This document shows positions 58,283 through 64,000 of a stretch of 64,000 nucleotides of DNA, in pieces. Origin of the DNA: Gammaproteobacteria bacterium (lineage in GTDB: Bacteria; Pseudomonadota; Gammaproteobacteria; Ga0077536); the NCBI GenBank assembly GCA_016191285.1, contig JACPPA010000036.1, forward strand, positions 17,788 through 81,787, written 5' to 3'. A model generated the notes under the pieces. It made no database searches, had not been told where the DNA came from, and was given only the letters and a program-made list of their open reading frames with translations. Numbering within the stretch: position 1 is the stretch's first letter; the number at the start of each line of letters is the position of its first letter. Made by a program: the position numbers and the translations under genes.

Positions 58283-61200
58283 CTACCACACATCCACCAC
58301 GCGGCGCGCACCGCGCTTTCGCGGCCCACTCGCGCGCAACCCGCGCAATAACCATTGGCGTGTCTCCGCCGGATCGATCACCGCATCCACTTCGAGCTGC
58401 GAGGCCACGGACACCGCCTTGCCGCGGGTGTACATCCCAGCGAGAAGACGCTCGTAGAGTGCGTTGCGCGCCACCGGATCGGTTTCCGCTTCCAGCTCTT
58501 TGCGAAAACCGAGCTGTACCGCGCCTTCGAGTCCCATCGGCCCGAATTCTGCGCTGGGCCATGCAATGGTGAATAACGGCCGAAAGAAACTGCCGCCCGC
58601 CATGGCCTGTGCACCCAAGCCGTAACCTTTACGCATGATCACCGTAAAGAGCGGCACCGTGAGGTTTGCGCCAGCGACGATGAGCCGCGAGCCGCGCCGC
58701 ACCGCCGCGGTTTTTTCACTGTCCGGACCCACCATGAAGCCTGGCGTATCGCACAACGACACCACCGGCAGGCCGTAGGCATCGCAGAGTTGGAGAAACC
58801 GCGCGCCTTTTTCCGCGCCCGGGCCGTCGATGGCGCCGCCTAGGTGGCGTGGATCGTTGGCAATCAAGCCGAAGGCCTCGCCTTCGATTCGAATCAAGGC
58901 GGTGATGAGCCCCACACCATACGCACGACGGAATTCGATGACCGAATCGGTATCGGCAAGGGTGTCGATGGCAGCGCGTACCTCGTAAACGCGGAGCCGA
59001 TTCTCCGGGATCACATGCCGGAGACGGCGTTGATCCGCGCATTGCCAGGCGGGCCAACGACCCTGAAAACAACCGAGGATCTTGCGCGCGATCGCGGCGC
59101 CTTCGAGTTCATCGCGGACCGCGATATCGACCACGCCATTCGCGGTTTGTACGTCTATCGGTCCAATTTCTTCGGGGGTAAAGCGACCGAGGCCGCCACC
59201 TTCGATCATCGCGGGTCCGGCCAGGCCAATATTCGAATTAGCCGTGGCGATGGTGATGTCGGCGCAACCGAAGATCACTGCGTTGCCGGCGAAGCAGCGC
59301 CCAGAGTTGATCGCGATCCGCGGCGCGACGCCGGAGAGTTGCGGCCAGGTGGTAAACGTCGGGAGATCAAGCCACGCGCTGATGATGTCATCCACATCCA
59401 CATCACCCGGCCGCCCGCCGCCGCCCTCGGTAAAAAATACCACCGGTATCTTCCATTCCAGCGCCAATTCAAACAAGCGATCCTTCTTTTTGTGATTCTT
59501 CACGCCCTGCGTGCCGGCCAGCACGGTGTAATCGTAGGCCAGCACCATGCAGCGCGTACCGTCGGCGCCGAGGAGCGCCGCGTTGACCGTGCCAATGCCG
59601 CCGACCAGACCATCGGCGGGCGTATTGCGTTGCAGATCTTCGATGCTCCGACGGCGGCGCTGGGCCGCGATGATGAGCGCGCCATACTCGGTGAAGCTCT
59701 CGGGATCGCACAGCGCTTCGACATTTTCGCGCGCGGTCCGGCTGCCGGTTTTGCGGCGTTTGGCGACGGCGTCAGGGCGATTTGCATCCAGCGTTAACGC
59801 GTGGCGCGCGCGGACTTCGTCGAGATCGGCGCGCGGCGCATCGAGCGCAACCAGCGCTTCGCTCAGGCCCATTTCCGCTTCTTCGAGATCCAAGGTCAAG
59901 TACAGGACGGCCTCGCCTTCGCCGAGCGTCATGCCCGGCGTGGCTACGATCACCTCAACCACACCGGCATTCGGCGCGGTGATCAGATGATGCATTTTCA
60001 TGGCTTCGAGTACGGCCAGGGTTTCGCCACGCTTAACCGTGGCGCCAACTACAACCTCGATACCGATCACACTGCCGCGGAGTGGTGCAACCACCGCGAA
60101 AGTACCGGGCGGGGCGACGCTGGTTGGCGAGAAGGTTTGTGGCGAGTCATCGTGAGTCACCGTTGTAGGCTGAGTTAGTTCAGTGGCAGCCATGCTGAGT
60201 GCGGTGGCGTTGGTCTCGACCCACCGCGTCGTCAATTTTTCAGCGAGCGCGTCGGGGTGACCGAGAATCGCGCGCAACAGCGGAAGGTTGGTCGCGACGC
60301 CGTGAATTTGAAATTCGGCCGCCGCACGTTCAGCGCGCCTGGCGAGCGCGGCGAATTCGAGATCGTTCCCGCGCACGATTAATTTTGCGCATAACGAATC
60401 AAAGCTCGAATTGAGCGAATATCCCATGTACGCCGCACTATCGACTCGGACCCCAGGGCCGAGCGCTGGCGCGAAGCGAGTGACGGTGCCGCTGGAAGGC
60501 AAAGTATTGCCGTTGGCGCTGAAGGTTTCCGCGTTGATCCGGAGTTGGATCGCGCTGATGCGTGGCGCCGGGGGCGCTTGGTTTAGGTTCAAATCCGCGA
60601 GTGTGCGGCCGCGCGCAATTTCGAATTGCAGGGCTACCAGATCGAGTCCCAACACTTCCTCGGTGACGGTATGCTCTACTTGCAGTCGCGGGTTCGTTTC
60701 GATGAACCAATAAGCATTTGCAGCAACGTCAACTAGGAATTCGAAGGTCCCTAGTCCGCGATATTGAACGGATTGCGCCATGCGCATCGCAGCCGCGATA
60801 AGTTGGTCGCGGAGCGTGGCCGCGAGCGCCGGCGCGGGCGCGATTTCAATGAGCTTCTGATGCCGGCGTTGCAAGCTGCAATCGCGTTCCCACAAGTGCA
60901 CGATCGCACCGGTACCGTCGCCGAGGATTTGGACTTCGATATGACGCGCCAATGGGATGAATCGCTCGGCGTACAACGTACCGTCGCCGAAAGCGGCCTT
61001 GGCTTCCGTGGCACAACGTGCAAACGCGCTCGCGATCGCTTGGTCGGGCCACAGCACTTGCATGCCGCGACCGCCACCGCCGGCTGCCGCCTTGAGTACC
61101 ACGGGCACATTGACGCCTAGTTGCGATTGAAATTCGGCGATATCCGCGGCGTTGACCAGCGCGGGCGAGCCCTCGAGAATCGATACCGCGCATTTCGCTG

Positions 61201-61570
61201 CTAGCTGGCGTGCGGCGATTTTGTCGCCGAATAAACGGAGCTGCTCGACCGAGGGACCAACGAAGATCAAGCCAGCGTCTTGGCATGCTTCCGCGAACAT
61301 CGCACTTTCGGCGAGGAAGCCGTAGCCGGGATGGATAGCATCACAACGCTTGGTGATCGCCGCTGCGATAATCGCCGTCTGATCGAGATACGCACGCGCG
61401 CCACGACCCGGCAGCGCCACGATTTCATGCGCCACCGAGCAATGCCGGCTGTCGGCGTCATCAAGGCTGTGAATGGCAATACTGGTGAGATCGAGATCAG
61501 CGAGAGTGCGCGCGATACGCACGGCGATTTCGCCGCGATTGGCGATTAAGACTCTACGTAATGCCATCAT
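58283..61570 (-). CDS. single-chain biotin-dependent acyl-CoA carboxylase (BC-BCCP-CT)
   Basis: ANRGEIA, HPGYGFLAE, EAMKM, YDYTVLAGTQG, EGGGGRPGD, DTPGFMVG. Confidence 0.93.
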   Translation of the reverse strand: MMALRRVLIANRGEIAVRIARTLADLDLTSIAIHSLDDADSRHCSVAHEIVALPGRGARAYLDQTAIIAAAITKRCDAIHPGYGFLAESAMFAEACQDAGLIFVGPSVEQLRLFGDKIAARQLAAKCAVSILEGSPALVNAADIAEFQSQLGVNVPVVLKAAAGGGGRGMQVLWPDQAIASAFARCATEAKAAFGDGTLYAERFIPLARHIEVQILGDGTGAIVHLWERDCSLQRRHQKLIEIAPAPALAATLRDQLIAAAMRMAQSVQYRGLGTFEFLVDVAANAYWFIETNPRLQVEHTVTEEVLGLDLVALQFEIARGRTLADLNLNQAPPAPRISAIQLRINAETFSANGNTLPSSGTVTRFAPALGPGVRVDSAAYMGYSLNSSFDSLCAKLIVRGNDLEFAALARRAERAAAEFQIHGVATNLPLLRAILGHPDALAEKLTTRWVETNATALSMAATELTQPTTVTHDDSPQTFSPTSVAPPGTFAVVAPLRGSVIGIEVVVGATVKRGETLAVLEAMKMHHLITAPNAGVVEVIVATPGMTLGEGEAVLYLTLDLEEAEMGLSEALVALDAPRADLDEVRARHALTLDANRPDAVAKRRKTGSRTARENVEALCDPESFTEYGALIIAAQRRRRSIEDLQRNTPADGLVGGIGTVNAALLGADGTRCMVLAYDYTVLAGTQGVKNHKKKDRLFELALEWKIPVVFFTEGGGGRPGDVDVDDIISAWLDLPTFTTWPQLSGVAPRIAINSGRCFAGNAVIFGCADITIATANSNIGLAGPAMIEGGGLGRFTPEEIGPIDVQTANGVVDIAVRDELEGAAIARKILGCFQGRWPAWQCADQRRLRHVIPENRLRVYEVRAAIDTLADTDSVIEFRRAYGVGLITALIRIEGEAFGLIANDPRHLGGAIDGPGAEKGARFLQLCDAYGLPVVSLCDTPGFMVGPDSEKTAAVRRGSRLIVAGANLTVPLFTVIMRKGYGLGAQAMAGGSFFRPLFTIAWPSAEFGPMGLEGAVQLGFRKELEAETDPVARNALYERLLAGMYTRGKAVSVASQLEVDAVIDPAETRQWLLRGLRASGPRKRGARRVVDVW

Positions 61571-61718
61571 TCCACCTTAGTTTTGTCGTCGAACGTGAAT
61601 AGTAAACAGTCTGAAGACGAACTCTTTTGAGATTTCAGTAAAACGCGCGGGGTCCGACCCTTGCTAGAATGTAACGACAAGATAGGGGCCCGCAAAGGGA
61701 TTTAACCAAACTAATCGG

Positions 61719-62654
61719 ATGAACTTCAGGATGAAAACAGCCAGCCTCGTGTTGTCGGCAGTACTCACGGTGAACAGCCTAGGCGCTTTCGCCGAGGATT
61801 TTGAGCGCAATCTGGAGCGGCTGCCGAACCGGATGACCCTTGGTGCGGGCTTCAAGTTTTCAAGCGGCGATTATGGCTCCAAGCTTGGCGACACCGATGC
61901 GTGGTATGTGCCATTCTCGCTTGGCTATGTGCACAACCATTGGCGTTTCAAACTCATCGTTCCGTACCTTACTTCAACGGGTCCCGGTAACGTCATTAGC
62001 GCGGGCACCGACACGCGAGTAGTGGTCGACAAGAATCGTGGAGCCTGTACTTTCGCGACCGTCGTCGCCGCCAATAGCAGCAGTTGCACGACGACGGCGT
62101 TGACCACTCCCCCGGCCACCAACGTTCCACGGATTACTGAAGCTGGTCTCGGGGATCTCAGTGCAAGTGCGATTTATGGCATCAATCCCCTTAAGCCCTG
62201 GATGCCTTACATCGATGTTGGTGCAAAAATTAAGTTTCCGACCGCGGATCAGAACCGCCGGTTAGGCACTGGCGCGTACGACTACACCATGATGGGCGAT
62301 CTGTATAAATCGTTCGGAAGGTTTGCGGCATTCGGCGGAGTTGCTTATACGTTTAAAGGCGACATTGCGCCGAGTTCGACTATTCCGAGGGGTCTCGTGC
62401 TTGACAATGTCTTGGGAAGTTACGTGGGCGCCGAATATCGCGTTACCAATAATTGGCTGGCCGGCCTATCGGTGGACTATAGACAAGCGTCGTCGGCGTT
62501 CGCACGCGATGTCAAGGAATTCTCTAGTTATGCCACGTGGCGAGTCAGCCCCCAACTTTCCGTCACTGGCACCGCCGGCACTGGCTTTACCGACGCTACG
62601 CCTGATTACTTCGTTGGGCTGGCGCTGGTCTACGGATTTAAATCGCCGCTGTAA
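61719..62654 (+). CDS. putative outer-membrane beta-barrel protein
   Basis: signal peptide, SSGDYG, GLGD, KIKFPTAD..LGTG, alternating aromatic strands. Confidence 0.65.
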   Translation: MNFRMKTASLVLSAVLTVNSLGAFAEDFERNLERLPNRMTLGAGFKFSSGDYGSKLGDTDAWYVPFSLGYVHNHWRFKLIVPYLTSTGPGNVISAGTDTRVVVDKNRGACTFATVVAANSSSCTTTALTTPPATNVPRITEAGLGDLSASAIYGINPLKPWMPYIDVGAKIKFPTADQNRRLGTGAYDYTMMGDLYKSFGRFAAFGGVAYTFKGDIAPSSTIPRGLVLDNVLGSYVGAEYRVTNNWLAGLSVDYRQASSAFARDVKEFSSYATWRVSPQLSVTGTAGTGFTDATPDYFVGLALVYGFKSPL

Positions 62655-62696
62655 GCCGGATCGGCGCGCGCGGCACCAATGCCTGACCCATCCTCG

Positions 62697-63038
62697 CTAC
62701 CCGCTATCTCCGTTGTCGGCCGCCAATACTTCGACAACCTGACCGACGCGTAAATTAACGTGGTCGTTGTAGTTCAGCCACTCCGGTTTGATTGACACCG
62801 CTGTGCGTTGGAAACGGGTCGCACAATAATGACGCACGCGCTCGTAGTGGAGTAGCGCACTGTAGATGTCGGTCTTATGGAGCCTGAAGCAGCTGTTGAG
62901 CGCTACCGCATCTTCGAACGATTGCGCGGGCTGCCATCCGCGAATTCGGCAATGATCCGCGCCGACTCCTGCTTGAGCGACTGTAGCCGGATCTCCGCAG
63001 TAACACAGCGGGGTCCACGACGAAGCGGTGAGCGTCAT
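62697..63038 (-). pseudogene. possible gene remnant with a thioesterase-like fragment
   Basis: IKPEWLNYNDHVN resembles the hotdog-thioesterase motif PEWIDYNGHMN; rest of the ORF unrecognised. Confidence 0.25.
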
Positions 63039-63048
63039 TCCTATCCGT

Positions 63049-64000
63049 TCACCCGCAACGCTGCACCGCCTCCGCCATCACCTCGATGGCTTCATCCTGT
63101 GACGAACGCACGCTGACGATCGTCGCGCCGCTGTCCGCCCATGCGCGGAAGCGTTCGATGATGCGCGCGCGAGGCCCCACTAAGCTCTTCTGATCGACCC
63201 ATTCATCCGGCACGGCATCGGCGGCCTCCCGCTTATGGCCCGCGAGATAGAGTTCCTGGATGCGCACCGCGGCGTCGCCGAAGCCGCGGCGGGTCATCAA
63301 ATCCTTGTGATAATTCTTGCCGCGCGCACCCATGCCGCCGACGTACAGTGCGACTTCCGGTTTCAGCGCAGCGAGCGCGGCGGTCACGTCGTCGTGCACA
63401 TGGACGTGGCAGCCGGCGAGGATCTCGAGATCACGGATCGTCTTGCCGTTGCCGGCGCGCGCGAAACCCTGTTCCAACCACGGCAGATATTCGGGCAGCG
63501 AGCCGGGGACGAAACCGAGCGGCAACCAACCATCGGCGATCTCGCCGGTCAGCCGCACGCTCGCTTCCGCGCCGGTCCCGAGGTAAATCGGCATACGTGG
63601 ATTCATGTGCAGGATCGATTTCAGCGGCTTCGCGAGTCCCAAGGCACCGGGGCCGTTATAGGGGAGGGCGATTTCGACGCCCGCATGTGTCACCGGCGCT
63701 TCGCGCGCGAAGATCTTGCGGATAATTGCGACGTAATCGCGCATCCGCGGCACCGGCCGTCCCCACGGCTGTCCATACCAGCCTTCGACGATCTGCGGAC
63801 CCGAGACGCCGATGCCGAGCAGCATCCGATCGCCGCCGGCGAGTGCGTCGATACTCGCCGCCGTCATCGCGGCATTCGCGGCCGTACGTGCGGCGAGCTG
63901 AATGATGCCGGTACCGAGCTTGATGCGCCGAGTCACCGCTGCGAGATACGCGAGAGGCGAGAATGCATCGGAACCATAGGCCTCGGCGGTCCACACCGAA
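63049..64000 (-). CDS. LLM-class (F420-type subfamily) oxidoreductase, 5' end outside the window
   Basis: WTAEAYGSDA, GVSGPQIVEGWYG, ALYVGGMGARGKNYH. Confidence 0.9.
   Translation of the reverse strand, partial: SVWTAEAYGSDAFSPLAYLAAVTRRIKLGTGIIQLAARTAANAAMTAASIDALAGGDRMLLGIGVSGPQIVEGWYGQPWGRPVPRMRDYVAIIRKIFAREAPVTHAGVEIALPYNGPGALGLAKPLKSILHMNPRMPIYLGTGAEASVRLTGEIADGWLPLGFVPGSLPEYLPWLEQGFARAGNGKTIRDLEILAGCHVHVHDDVTAALAALKPEVALYVGGMGARGKNYHKDLMTRRGFGDAAVRIQELYLAGHKREAADAVPDEWVDQKSLVGPRARIIERFRAWADSGATIVSVRSSQDEAIEVMAEAVQRCG

Overview
GC-rich bacterial chromosomal window, most likely from a gammaproteobacterium (rlmB-rpsF-rpsR-DUF2232-rplI-dnaB-alr-radA synteny; ypjD/corC divergent from ffh). 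About 1-34 kb is mostly housekeeping: ffh, maeB, dsbB, ygfZ, sdhCDAB with SdhE and DUF1674, ubiG/gph, a cyclase-FHA/PP2C module, leuCD, an acyl-CoA ligase/hydratase pair and a short cysG. About 34-64 kb is accessory metabolism. The strongest candidate for an undescribed system is a co-oriented 11-gene cluster at 37104-50428. It encodes a stand-alone phospho-His swivel protein coupled to a 515-aa protein I cannot assign, an acyl-AMP/CoA ligase, an Rv1126c-like wHTH protein, and a PPDK lacking its pyruvate-binding barrel. It continues with a three-subunit biotin carboxylase whose carboxyltransferase has changed metal-site residues, then a thiolase, an SDR and a C45 hydrolase. I infer a phosphorylation-plus-carboxylation catabolic route for an unknown substrate. 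The cluster lies inside a ~17 kb block separating the two halves of a MacAB-type ABC exporter. Intergenic spaces hold several nested non-autonomous elements: REP/REPINs, an IS5-type multi-hairpin MITE with YTAR target duplications, an IS4-type MITE inside a ~375 bp repeat present twice in inverted orientation, and a TA-flanked MITE in the r-protein operon. No transposase, tRNA, rRNA or CRISPR array was seen. All calls come from reading motifs by eye and from recalled family knowledge; no searches were run.
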